A stretch of DNA of 60,223 nucleotides, counting the filler, from Coriobacteriales bacterium (GTDB lineage: Bacteria > Actinomycetota > Coriobacteriia > Coriobacteriales > UBA8131), in assembly GCA_031263105.1 (NCBI GenBank). It is 7 parts of 7 records of this genome, joined end to end, with 100 filler letters (N's around TTAATTAATTAA, not from the genome) between each part and the next. Parts side by side here need not be neighbours in the genome. Positions count along the whole stretch, not along the records: positions 43,926 to 60,223 come from JAISGJ010000217.1; 6 more parts are not named here. One strand, written 5' to 3'. Below, piece after piece: positions 51,730 to 60,223 of the stretch (position 1 is the stretch's first letter; each line of letters opens with the position of its first letter). The position numbers were made by a program, and so were the translations under genes. The notes beneath the pieces are model-generated. The model was not told the origin of the DNA. It saw only the letters and a program-made list of their open reading frames with translations, and did not search any database.

Positions 51730-54171
51730 TTATGCCTTCTCGACTTGGCAGAGCCAGTCGTTGAAGTTGTCGTTGCTGGTGATCGGGTCGAGGCACATGG
51801 CCGTCAGCTGCTGAGGGTGGCCCTCGATGAACTCGTCTTCCTGCCAGCCGTGGGGCATAAGCACGGTCTCTGCTTGGATGCCTTTTGTGACGACTGCCGT
51901 AAGGGTGCAGGAGCCGTGGTCGTTGAAGACGCGCACGGCATCGCCTGTCCTTATCCCGCGTTCCGCTGCCGCGTCCTCGTGTATGCGCATATAGGGCTTG
52001 CCTTCGTAGCCCCTGAACTCGTCCAACAGGGGGTTGTGCGTGAACATGCCCTGCGCATGGTAGTTGTCGTGGTAGCTCAGGCCGAAGAGGGGGTATCGCT
52101 CGCGCAGGGGGTTCGACTGGTACGCCTCGTAGGCATGCTCGTAATAGGGTATCCTGTCGATCGGCCTGACTTCCTGCCCGTAGTCGTCTCTCGGCTCGAA
52201 CTCCTCCAGGTAGAACTGGGTGCGCCCTGTGGGGTTGAACTCCGGCAGCACGCTCTCTGCGTACTCGAACTCGCCGAAGATGATGCCCTTTTCCTTGTAG
52301 TCGTCGTAGGCAACGCCGGCCTCGATGTTCTCAGGAGTATCCAGAATTGCCCGCAGGTACTCCTCGGCTGACTTGGTGTAGAGGTCGTCGTATCCCATAT
52401 GCTCGGCTATTCCCTTGAATATCTCGAAGTCGGTCTGGCACTCGCCGGCCGGCTCGACGGCCTTTTGCATCATATAGGTTCCGATGAAGTCCTCGGACTC
52501 CCACGACAGGGCAACGGGCAGCACCAAGTCTGCCCACTTCGCCGTGTCGGTCATAAAGGGGTCGGCCACGACGACGAAATCGACCTTGCTGATGGCCTCG
52601 CGCAGGTAAGTGGCCCCGAGAGAGCTGTGCAGAGGGTTGCTCGCCAGCGTGTACAGGCAACGTATGGTGAAGTCCTCGCCTGCCCATGTGCCGGTCTCCA
52701 TGATCTCATAGAGGTATTCGCCGGTGATGACCTTGTTCGTTTTTGCATCGGCAATCGTACGGTCGCTCCAGTCGTTCGTAATAGGAGCCTTGGTGAGCTT
52801 GCTGGCCGCAGAGCTAAAGCCGGAGGAATAGCCAGACCCGGGGACTCCAAAGTTCCCGGTCAAGGAGGCAAGCAGGGGGAACGCGAGGTACACGCGCCAG
52901 GAGTTCCACGTGTGCTCGATGCCCCAGTTGTTGGAGAGCAGGGCGGGCTTGTTCGTGGCATAGACCTGCGCTATCTCCTCTATCTGTGCCGCCGGCACGC
53001 CGCATTCCTCGGCGGCCCACTCAACCGTGAACGGCATCAGGTTCTCAAGGACAAGGTCGTAGACCGTGCGGACGCTTGTGCCGTCGGCGTCAAAGCTGCC
53101 GGTCAGGGCCGGGTCTGCCACCGTCCGGGACGAGCCGAAGGTCTGGGTCTTTTCGTCATAGACCGCTATGGAATCCAAGTGCGTAGGCTCGCCGTCGCTC
53201 CCGGCCGACCCCTCTTCGAGGTCCATCCCCAGATCCGACAGCCTGAGGTACCTGCCGTCCTCTTTTATAAGGAGCGGCCCGACCGACTTGTTCCTCATGT
53301 AGTCATAGTCCACGAGGTCGTTGTCGATGATGTAGTTGCACATGGCCAGGGCCATGGCCGCATCCGAGCCGACGCGGATCGGCACCCACGTGTCGGAGTG
53401 GGCGGCCGCGTTGGTGTATTGGGGGTCGATCGTGATGAGCCTGGCCCCGTTCTCTTTTGCCTTGCAAATGAAGGGCCAGTGTGCACGCTGGGCATCGGTG
53501 GGGTTGGCCCCCCAGAGAAGAATGGTCTTCGAGTTCTGGAAGTCCTCTATCGAGTTGAACGGAGCCTGCAGCACCGAAAACTGGAAGAACAGCTGTGCGA
53601 CATCGAAGGACATGGTGAGTATCGTGCAGCCGACCGTTTGGACGAAGCGCTCTTGGGCGATTCCGGCGGTCAGTACGCGTGGCTGGCTGTTGGCACCATA
53701 CGTGGCACTGGTTCCTGCGCCCGTTATGTAGCCGCCGGAGTTCCCGCCGCCTATCCAAACGCCGATGGATTCCGGTCCGTACTCGTCGATTGCCGCCTGG
53801 AACTTCTCGGCCACAAGCGAGAGGGCCTCGTCCCAGCTGACCTGCTCCCAGTTGTCGGAGCCGCGCTCGCCGGTCTGCCTCATGGGGTACAGCACTCGGT
53901 TCGTCGCGTAAAGGCGCAAGGGGTTGGAGTGGCCTTTCACGCAGCCGTTCTGGTGAGTCATGCGAGCTTCTTGCGGGACAACGACAGGCGTACTGCGCAC
54001 GACCTTCCCCTCGCGGACAGTCGCCACCAAAGGGCAGGCACCCCCTCCGCAGTTTCCACGGCATTTGTTGTAGTACACCTTCTCCGCCGCCCCCTGCGCC
54101 TCGCCCCCTGCGGCATCCGGCCCAGCCGGTGCCGTCGGCTCGACCGAACTGCATCCATAGCCGCCCGCTAA
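51730..54171 (-). CDS. DMSO-reductase-family molybdopterin oxidoreductase (copy 1), lacking a convincing start and Tat signal
   Basis: CRGNCGGGAC...GCVKG cluster motif; WGANP, IDP and DLVLP motifs; C-terminal Mo-binding domain; homology to copy 2 starts at LAGGYGC. Confidence 0.88.
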   Translation of the reverse strand, partial: LAGGYGCSSVEPTAPAGPDAAGGEAQGAAEKVYYNKCRGNCGGGACPLVATVREGKVVRSTPVVVPQEARMTHQNGCVKGHSNPLRLYATNRVLYPMRQTGERGSDNWEQVSWDEALSLVAEKFQAAIDEYGPESIGVWIGGGNSGGYITGAGTSATYGANSQPRVLTAGIAQERFVQTVGCTILTMSFDVAQLFFQFSVLQAPFNSIEDFQNSKTILLWGANPTDAQRAHWPFICKAKENGARLITIDPQYTNAAAHSDTWVPIRVGSDAAMALAMCNYIIDNDLVDYDYMRNKSVGPLLIKEDGRYLRLSDLGMDLEEGSAGSDGEPTHLDSIAVYDEKTQTFGSSRTVADPALTGSFDADGTSVRTVYDLVLENLMPFTVEWAAEECGVPAAQIEEIAQVYATNKPALLSNNWGIEHTWNSWRVYLAFPLLASLTGNFGVPGSGYSSGFSSAASKLTKAPITNDWSDRTIADAKTNKVITGEYLYEIMETGTWAGEDFTIRCLYTLASNPLHSSLGATYLREAISKVDFVVVADPFMTDTAKWADLVLPVALSWESEDFIGTYMMQKAVEPAGECQTDFEIFKGIAEHMGYDDLYTKSAEEYLRAILDTPENIEAGVAYDDYKEKGIIFGEFEYAESVLPEFNPTGRTQFYLEEFEPRDDYGQEVRPIDRIPYYEHAYEAYQSNPLRERYPLFGLSYHDNYHAQGMFTHNPLLDEFRGYEGKPYMRIHEDAAAERGIRTGDAVRVFNDHGSCTLTAVVTKGIQAETVLMPHGWQEDEFIEGHPQQLTAMCLDPITSNDNFNDWLCQVEKA

Positions 54172-54291
54172 AGTCGACTCTTCTTGTTCGGACACCTCGC
54201 CATCAAGGGATTCATCGAACAATGGGCTTTGTGCTGGCTGGAGACAGAACGCCCTGAAACACCAATGGTGTCGACAACCGACAGGCGAACC

Positions 54292-54462
54292 TCAAATCCG
54301 ATTAATCAGCTGTTCATGTACTATCTCAAATGCCCTGTGTGGGTCATATTCGATTCCAGGCCTGATCAGTGCATCAACATCCTTGACGAATTCCCCATCA
54401 CCCATTTTCAGGCTGAGGTTTCCCAGATACACCTCACTGGATGGATGGGGCTGCGGAACCAT
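54292..54462 (-). pseudogene. Internally deleted AbiEii-like toxin remnant (56 aa)
   Basis: TGATG-coupled to the AbiEi stop; MVPQ start joined directly to a C-terminal-like segment NLSLKMGDGEFVKDVDALIRPGIEYDP. Confidence 0.6.
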
Positions 54463-55286
54463 CAGCCAACCTCGACCTCCTTATTGGGTACGATCTTCCA
54501 GCGCTCGCTTCTCTTTCCCAGTGCATGACCTGGCTCATTCCTACCTGCAGCCAAGGGAGACGTCCTGAAACGCAAGCCAGCTCGCATTGCCCTTTCAAAG
54601 AAAGCCTCGGAAGCGGCTTTGTCTTTCACCTCTGTTTCAAGGAGATAGCCCAATCGCTGCACCGTAGCTGGTGACGCAAGTGAGAAATAGTCATCGTGCA
54701 CTTTGGTGAAATCCAAGTTCTCGGCCAGTTCCTCTAGAACCTCAACGGTACGGCTGAGTCCTCCTATGTCACTCATGCGAGCGACAACATCAAGAGCAGT
54801 GAGCTCAGGGGCGGAGACTGTCATGTATCCGGTCTTGACCATGACTCTTTCCCTATAGTTATGGGACATCCTCGATCTCGTGAAGAACTTGATCCTGACT
54901 CCGTTCTTCTCTCTTGTCCTGAGGCTCCCACCCTTGACCATCACCATGAATGTCTGGGAGACCTGATGCGCAGCTCCCTGCAATGCCGCCGCCGTCAGAA
55001 GTGCCACATAATAATCTCTCCCGAGATGTTGCATCAGCAGGTCAATGTAGTCAGACACTGGTATTATCTTTCGCAACCCATAGTCATAAACCAGGATCCC
55101 GTAGAATCCGCGCCATAGGGACTGGATGCTCCCCTTGGCTATTTGCCTGCCTATAGCGGTCATGAGCGCATTGCCTGAAAGATCGGGGAAGGCTCCGGCT
55201 ACTTCGTTGAGTGAGAAGAATAGCTTTCCCTGCATAGCAGACATATCTATCCACTCTGCCAAGGTCTGTTTTGCGTGTGTCATCAT
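54462..55286 (-). CDS. AbiEi-family type IV antitoxin
   Basis: RGFYGI, YYVALLTAAALQGAAHQ, SAPELTALD and QRLGYLLE motifs. Confidence 0.85.
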   Translation of the reverse strand: MMTHAKQTLAEWIDMSAMQGKLFFSLNEVAGAFPDLSGNALMTAIGRQIAKGSIQSLWRGFYGILVYDYGLRKIIPVSDYIDLLMQHLGRDYYVALLTAAALQGAAHQVSQTFMVMVKGGSLRTREKNGVRIKFFTRSRMSHNYRERVMVKTGYMTVSAPELTALDVVARMSDIGGLSRTVEVLEELAENLDFTKVHDDYFSLASPATVQRLGYLLETEVKDKAASEAFFERAMRAGLRFRTSPLAAGRNEPGHALGKRSERWKIVPNKEVEVG

Positions 55287-55492
55287 GCACTCATTCTGCG
55301 ATACAGTACCGTATGTGTATGTTAGCGCAGAATTAGCAGCTTGGCAATGCCACCCGAACGTCAGGAATGTGTCTTGACGGGCGCACGTTCGGGCCGACGC
55401 CCTGCTCCTGAACTGGTCGTCCAAGCGCCTGGTGCCCGCCCAAAAGCGGGGGGAGATGGTCTTCGTGCACTATGCCGAGGAGCCCCGGGGCC

Positions 55493-56752
55493 TCATGCAG
55501 TGAGCGCCGTAATCGGAACGACGTTTACGCCGACGGCGCTTGTGGACACGACACCCGACCCGGTGATCACATTGAGCGACGCAGGTGGCAGGCTCTTCTC
55601 GGTGTCAATGGTTTCCGCAAAACGCAACAGCGACTCGCTTGCCTCGCCGGCGGCGTTAAAGCCGAGCTTGATCTCGAAGGCAGCCCACGTGCCGTCGCGT
55701 TTTTCGACGATGGCATCGACCTCCCTTCCGCTTGAGTCCCGATAATGGTAGACCTTGGCATCGTTGTGTTGCGCATATATCCTCAGGTCTCGGATGACCA
55801 GCGACTCGAATAAAAGACCCATATAGAGGATGTCGTCTATGATCCGTTGCTGGTCGAGCCCAAGCACGGCTACCGCAAGCGACGGGTCGGCCAGATGGTA
55901 TTTCCGTGACTTCCTGAGTGTCGCGGAAGAGGTGATATGCGTGCTCCAGGCATCGAGGTTCTCCAGGACCATGATACGTTCAAGCGCTGAGATGTAATCG
56001 ACGATCGTCTCATAGGCAAGATCCGCCTCCGCGCCCCCCACGTCTTTTCTCAGTGTCTCAATAGTCGCCTCAGTCGCGATGTTTCGTGCTATGGCATGCA
56101 TCAGCCGTCTGACCTTCAAAGGGTCACGTCTCTTATGTGAGACCCTGCTTAGGTCAACCTCTGTCATCAGTTCGACATTGTCCCTCATGGCAAGCAGCGC
56201 CTGTTCGCTTGAAAGCCTGAGATTGGCAGGCCAGCCCCCTACGCAAATCCAGTCCGCTATAGCAGAGAGGGCGTTTTCATGCGACTCATATGCAAGCTTT
56301 GGCCGAGATGCCTGCAGCAGGTTGCTCAGAGAAACCGACCCGGTTGAAATCCTGGCCTCATAGAGGGACAAGGGCCTCATGTTGATGACTGCAAAGCGCC
56401 CGAAGCCAGAGTGCAGCTCGGCTTGCTCCTCGGGATTCGCGGAGCCAGTCAAGATAAACTGTCCGCTTTGCCTGCGGTTGTCGACCTCATGCCGAACCGT
56501 GTTCCAAAGACTTGGCTGTTCCTGCCACTCATCGATGAGCCGAGGCGTCTCACCTGCCAACAGTGCCTTGGGGTCGATGGACATGAACTGCGCGATGGAC
56601 TCCGAGTCATCGATGACGACCTCGCTCGTTGCCTGCTGCCGGGCAGTCTCGGTCTTTCCACAGCCTTTCGGCCCGCGAATCAGCACTGCGCCGACCCGCT
56701 CAAGGCGATCATTGAGCTCGATGTCTACGAGTCGTTCATAGTAGTCGTTCAT
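55493..56752 (-). CDS. AAA_14/DUF4143 ATP-binding protein
   Basis: GPKGCGKT, IDEWQ, ILTGS, FESLVIRDL and EVDAI...EIK motifs. Confidence 0.9.
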   Translation of the reverse strand: MNDYYERLVDIELNDRLERVGAVLIRGPKGCGKTETARQQATSEVVIDDSESIAQFMSIDPKALLAGETPRLIDEWQEQPSLWNTVRHEVDNRRQSGQFILTGSANPEEQAELHSGFGRFAVINMRPLSLYEARISTGSVSLSNLLQASRPKLAYESHENALSAIADWICVGGWPANLRLSSEQALLAMRDNVELMTEVDLSRVSHKRRDPLKVRRLMHAIARNIATEATIETLRKDVGGAEADLAYETIVDYISALERIMVLENLDAWSTHITSSATLRKSRKYHLADPSLAVAVLGLDQQRIIDDILYMGLLFESLVIRDLRIYAQHNDAKVYHYRDSSGREVDAIVEKRDGTWAAFEIKLGFNAAGEASESLLRFAETIDTEKSLPPASLNVITGSGVVSTSAVGVNVVPITALTA

Positions 56753-56893
56753 CCTGTGCCTATCTGTTGAGTCAGGAGTGCCGTGGATGGATTCCGTTGA
56801 CTCTGTAGATTATAGGCCATTTACTCTGGAAAATAGAGGACGACCAGTCTGAACCTGGCATGACGACCCAGCAGCGACCAGCAGCGCCCCATC

Positions 56894-57523
56894 TCAGGTC
56901 AGGAAGTACACGTTCGGGCCGGTGCCCTGTTCCTCGAGAAGGCGCTCGTGGCTGCGCGAGGCGAGGGCCTTGGAGACCTCGGAGGCCGGGTCGTCGAGGT
57001 CGCCGAAGAGGCGCGCCATCGCCCTGCATATGTCCACGCAGGCGGGGCGGTCGCCTCGATCGATGCGGTGCACGCAGAACTGGCACTTCTCCACCACGTT
57101 GGGGTGGTGCGGCAGGGCGTCCGCGTCGCCGACGGCGAAGTCCAGCAGGTAGCTCGGCTCCCCGTCCACATAGGTGCGCACGCCCTCGTAGGGGCAGGCC
57201 TCGATACAGAGCCTGCACCCGATGCACTTCTCGTTGTCCTGCACGACGATGCCGTCCTCCGGACGGCGCACTATCGCCTCCACGGGGCAGACGGCCAGGC
57301 AGGCCGGGTTGTCGCAGTGCTGGCAGGCCAGGGTGTAGTGCCCCATGCTGAGGGCGTCCGGGTAGGTGCCGGAGGGGGTGTACATCTCCTCTCCCCCGAC
57401 AGTGAGGGCCCTGTTCCACCAGACGCCGTCCGGCAGGTTGTTCTCCACCCTGCAGGCCATCGCGCAGTTACTGCAGGCGACGCAGCGGGCCTTGTCCATC
57501 ACCATCGCGTACTTGGTCATCAT
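56894..57523 (-). CDS. DmsB-like 4Fe-4S dicluster subunit (copy 2)
   Basis: Close paralog of 51094-51720 with the same Cys motifs; AGGAGG RBS. Confidence 0.92.
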   Translation of the reverse strand: MMTKYAMVMDKARCVACSNCAMACRVENNLPDGVWWNRALTVGGEEMYTPSGTYPDALSMGHYTLACQHCDNPACLAVCPVEAIVRRPEDGIVVQDNEKCIGCRLCIEACPYEGVRTYVDGEPSYLLDFAVGDADALPHHPNVVEKCQFCVHRIDRGDRPACVDICRAMARLFGDLDDPASEVSKALASRSHERLLEEQGTGPNVYFLT

Positions 57524-57531
57524 GCGCCTCC

Positions 57532-59955
57532 TTATGCCTTCTCGACCTGGCAGAGCCAGTCGTTGAAGTTGTTGTTGCTGCTTATCGGGTCGAGGCACAT
57601 CGCCGTCAGCGTCTGCGGATGACCTTCTATGAACTCGTCCCCTTGGTACCCATGGGGGACGAGGATGGTGTCCGAGCGGATCCCCTTGGTGACGACCGCC
57701 CTCAGCGTGCAGGACCCATGGTCGTTGAAGACCTTGACGACGTCGCCGGTGGCTATCCCTCGCTCTGCCGCCGCATCCTCGTGGATGCGCATGTACGGCT
57801 CGCCTTTGAGGCCTCGAAGCTCGTCCAGCCAAGGGCTGTGGGCGAAGATCGACTGGGCATGGTAGTTGTCGTGATAGCTCATGCCGAAGAGCGGGTACTT
57901 CTCACGCAGCGGGTTGCCCTGATAGGCCTCGAAGGCATGTTGATAGTAGGGGATGCGGTCCGTTGCGCTTATCGTCTGCCCGCAGTCGTCCCTTGGCGGA
58001 AGCGTCTCCAGATAGAACCGCGTGCGCCCTGTCGGGTTGGCCTCTGTGCCGACGTTCTCGCCGTACTGGTAGTCGCCGAGGATGATTCCCTGCTCCTTGT
58101 AGTCGTCAAAGGCACAGCCGACCTCGATGTTCTCAGGGGTGTCGAGGATCCTGCGCAGGTAGTCTTCGGCTGACAGGTCGTACAGGTCGGAGTGCCCGAG
58201 CTTCTCAGCCAGGCCCTTCAGTATCTCGAAGTCGCTTTTGCACTCGCCTGCCGGCTCGACCGCCTTCTGCGTCATGAAGGTGCCGTTGAAGTCCTCGTTT
58301 TCCCAGGACATGGCCACAGGGAGCACCAGGTCGGCGTACTGCGCCGAGTCTGTCATGAAGGAGTCGGCGACAACGAGAAAGTCCACCTTGTCGAACGCCC
58401 GTTTGATATAGGTGGCCCCGAGGCAGCTGTGCAAGGGATTGCTCGTCATCATATAGACGCAGCGTATCGGCATATCCGCGCCCGCCCAGGTGCCTGTGTC
58501 CGTGATCTCGCAGATTCTCTCTCCCGTTATTACCTTGTTCTCCTTTGCGTCAGGGATAACCAAGTCGCTGAAATCCGTCTTTACCGGGGACTTCACGAGT
58601 TTGCTCGCCATGCCGCTGAAGCCTGTCGCGTATCCCGAGCCCGCAACGCAGGCGTTGCCCGTGAGCGCGGCAAGGAAGGGCAGGTCGAGATAGATCTGCC
58701 ATGAGTTCCACGTGTGCTCCATGCCCCAGTTGTTCGATATCAGGGCAGGCTTGTTCGTCGCATACAGCAGCGCCAGCTCCTCGATCTGCTCGACGGGGAT
58801 GCCGCACTCCTCGGATGCGAACTCGACGGTGAAGGGCCTGATCTGCTCCCTCACCAGATCGTAGACCGTGCGCACGGAAGTGCCGTTCGCGTCGAAGCTG
58901 CCCTCAAAGGCCGGATCCTCGACAGTCCGGGAGGAGCCGAAGGCGCCGGCCGCCTCGTCCCAGACGACCTCTGAGTCCAACGACGTCGCCTTGCCCTCTG
59001 CGTCAGGTGGGCCCTCCACGGGATCCATGCCCAGATCCGAGAGCCTGAGGTGGCTGCCGTCCTCCTTTATCAGCAGCGGGGCCACCGAGTGGTTCCTCAG
59101 ATAGTCATAATCGACCAGAGCGTTGTCGATGATGTAGTTGCACAGAGCCAGCATGAGGGCACCGTCAGAGCCGACACGAATGGGGATCCACGTATCCGAA
59201 TGGGCTGCCGCATTGGTGTATTGGGGGTCTATGGTGACCACGGTCGCCCCGTTCTCCTTCGCCTTGCAGATCCAGGGCCAATGGTTGCGGGCGGCATCGG
59301 TGGGGTTGGCCCCCCAAAGGAGGATCGTCTTTGCGTGCTGTATGTCCTCGGCCGAGTTGATGGGCGCCTGGAGCACGGTCGCCTGAAAGTACAGCTGGGC
59401 GATGTCATGCGACGAGGAGAAGATCGTCACCCCGGTTTTCTTGAGGAACCGTTCGAGGGCGATTCCAACCGTGGGGACTCTGGGGGAGTTCGCGAAATAG
59501 GTGAAGTTGCCGTTGAGGTATCCGGTTGTGTTGCCTGCACTGAGCCAGAAGGCGATCGACTGCGGCCCGTAGTCGTCGATCGCACCTTGGAACTTCTCGG
59601 CCACAAGCGAGAGGGCCTCGTCCCAGCTGACCTGCTCCCAGTTGTCGGAGCCGCGCTCGCCGGTCTGCCTCATGGGGTACAGCACACGGTTGGTCGCATA
59701 CAGCCTCAGAGGGTTCGTGTGCCCCTTGACGCAGCCCAGCGGCAGGCCCTCCGCCTCTCTCGGGACGACCACAGGTGTGGTACGGACGACCTTCCCCTCG
59801 CGCACCGTTCCCTCAAGCGGGCATTGCCCTCCGCAGTTTCCCCGGCACAGGTTGTAGTACACCTTCTCCACCACCCCCTGCGCCTCGCCCCCTGCGGCAT
59901 CCGGCCCAGCCGGTGCCGTCGGCTCGACCGAACTGCATCCATAGCCTCCCGCTAA
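57532..59955 (-). CDS. DMSO-reductase-family molybdopterin oxidoreductase (copy 2), signal region disrupted
   Basis: CRGNCGGQC...GCVKG motif; paralog of copy 1; frame open back to SATLLLAGGYGC, then a stop at the MITE boundary. Confidence 0.88.
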   Translation of the reverse strand, partial: LAGGYGCSSVEPTAPAGPDAAGGEAQGVVEKVYYNLCRGNCGGQCPLEGTVREGKVVRTTPVVVPREAEGLPLGCVKGHTNPLRLYATNRVLYPMRQTGERGSDNWEQVSWDEALSLVAEKFQGAIDDYGPQSIAFWLSAGNTTGYLNGNFTYFANSPRVPTVGIALERFLKKTGVTIFSSSHDIAQLYFQATVLQAPINSAEDIQHAKTILLWGANPTDAARNHWPWICKAKENGATVVTIDPQYTNAAAHSDTWIPIRVGSDGALMLALCNYIIDNALVDYDYLRNHSVAPLLIKEDGSHLRLSDLGMDPVEGPPDAEGKATSLDSEVVWDEAAGAFGSSRTVEDPAFEGSFDANGTSVRTVYDLVREQIRPFTVEFASEECGIPVEQIEELALLYATNKPALISNNWGMEHTWNSWQIYLDLPFLAALTGNACVAGSGYATGFSGMASKLVKSPVKTDFSDLVIPDAKENKVITGERICEITDTGTWAGADMPIRCVYMMTSNPLHSCLGATYIKRAFDKVDFLVVADSFMTDSAQYADLVLPVAMSWENEDFNGTFMTQKAVEPAGECKSDFEILKGLAEKLGHSDLYDLSAEDYLRRILDTPENIEVGCAFDDYKEQGIILGDYQYGENVGTEANPTGRTRFYLETLPPRDDCGQTISATDRIPYYQHAFEAYQGNPLREKYPLFGMSYHDNYHAQSIFAHSPWLDELRGLKGEPYMRIHEDAAAERGIATGDVVKVFNDHGSCTLRAVVTKGIRSDTILVPHGYQGDEFIEGHPQTLTAMCLDPISSNNNFNDWLCQVEKA

Positions 59956-59984
59956 GAGGAGGGTGGCCGATGGGCAGCAAGAGC

Positions 59985-60092
59985 GCTACTGTACACACCC
60001 CACTGTCATTCCGAGCGCAGCGAAGCGAAGTCGAGGAATCCTTGGATCCGAGCGCCCGGAAAACGCACCGCGTTTTCAGCGAGGACGGGCCG
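59985..60092. repeat. Palindromic MITE/REP-like element, copy 10 (partial)
   Basis: GCTACTGTACACACCCCACTGTCATTCCGAGCG; core is the reverse complement of part of the copy 4 core. Confidence 0.82.
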
Positions 60093-60223
60093 CCAGAGCC
60101 ACGGAACGCGCCAGCGCCCAACTGCAGCCGGGGGGGGGGGGGGGGGGCCTAAGCCCCCCGTAGGGGGGATGGCCCCCCCAAATTAACAAAAAACAACCCG
60201 GGCCCCCCCCACCGCACGGAATT

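Noticed and set aside
59706..59942. Arg-rich ORF MDAVRSSRRH as a frameshifted Tat leader for the molybdoenzyme (also 53958-54158)
   Set aside because: No hydrophobic h-region, poor RBS spacing and no slippery site; the in-frame LAGGYGC reading explains the sequence better

Overview
This window is not one locus. It is seven contigs joined by artificial 100-nt N-TTAATTAATTAA-N linkers, from a high-GC anaerobe that looks like Coriobacteriia/Eggerthellaceae (inferred from gene content). Housekeeping and anaerobic genes: UvrD-nuclease fusion, ferritin-catalase-Mop, secondary alcohol dehydrogenase, acpP-accBCD, rarA, a 6S RNA, bioY, PFOR (nifJ), two-component systems, mobB, nrdDG with NrdR boxes, NrfD and two DmsAB-like molybdoenzyme pairs. 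Accessory content: a decayed type I R-M system next to a candidate PD-(D/E)XK nuclease, a tRNA-Val-integrated primase/helicase element carrying several tiny ORFs, three IS5-like ends at CTAG, type II and type IV toxin-antitoxin loci, and three AAA_14/DUF4143 ATPases. Most notable: (1) ten copies of a nested palindromic MITE/REP-like element with GTTAC...GTAAC outer termini and 7-8 bp target duplications in several copies; (2) two otherwise intact molybdoenzyme genes that both lack a convincing start and Tat signal and share a near-identical 105-bp leader; (3) the satellite-like island. Product calls come from motif recognition, not database searches.
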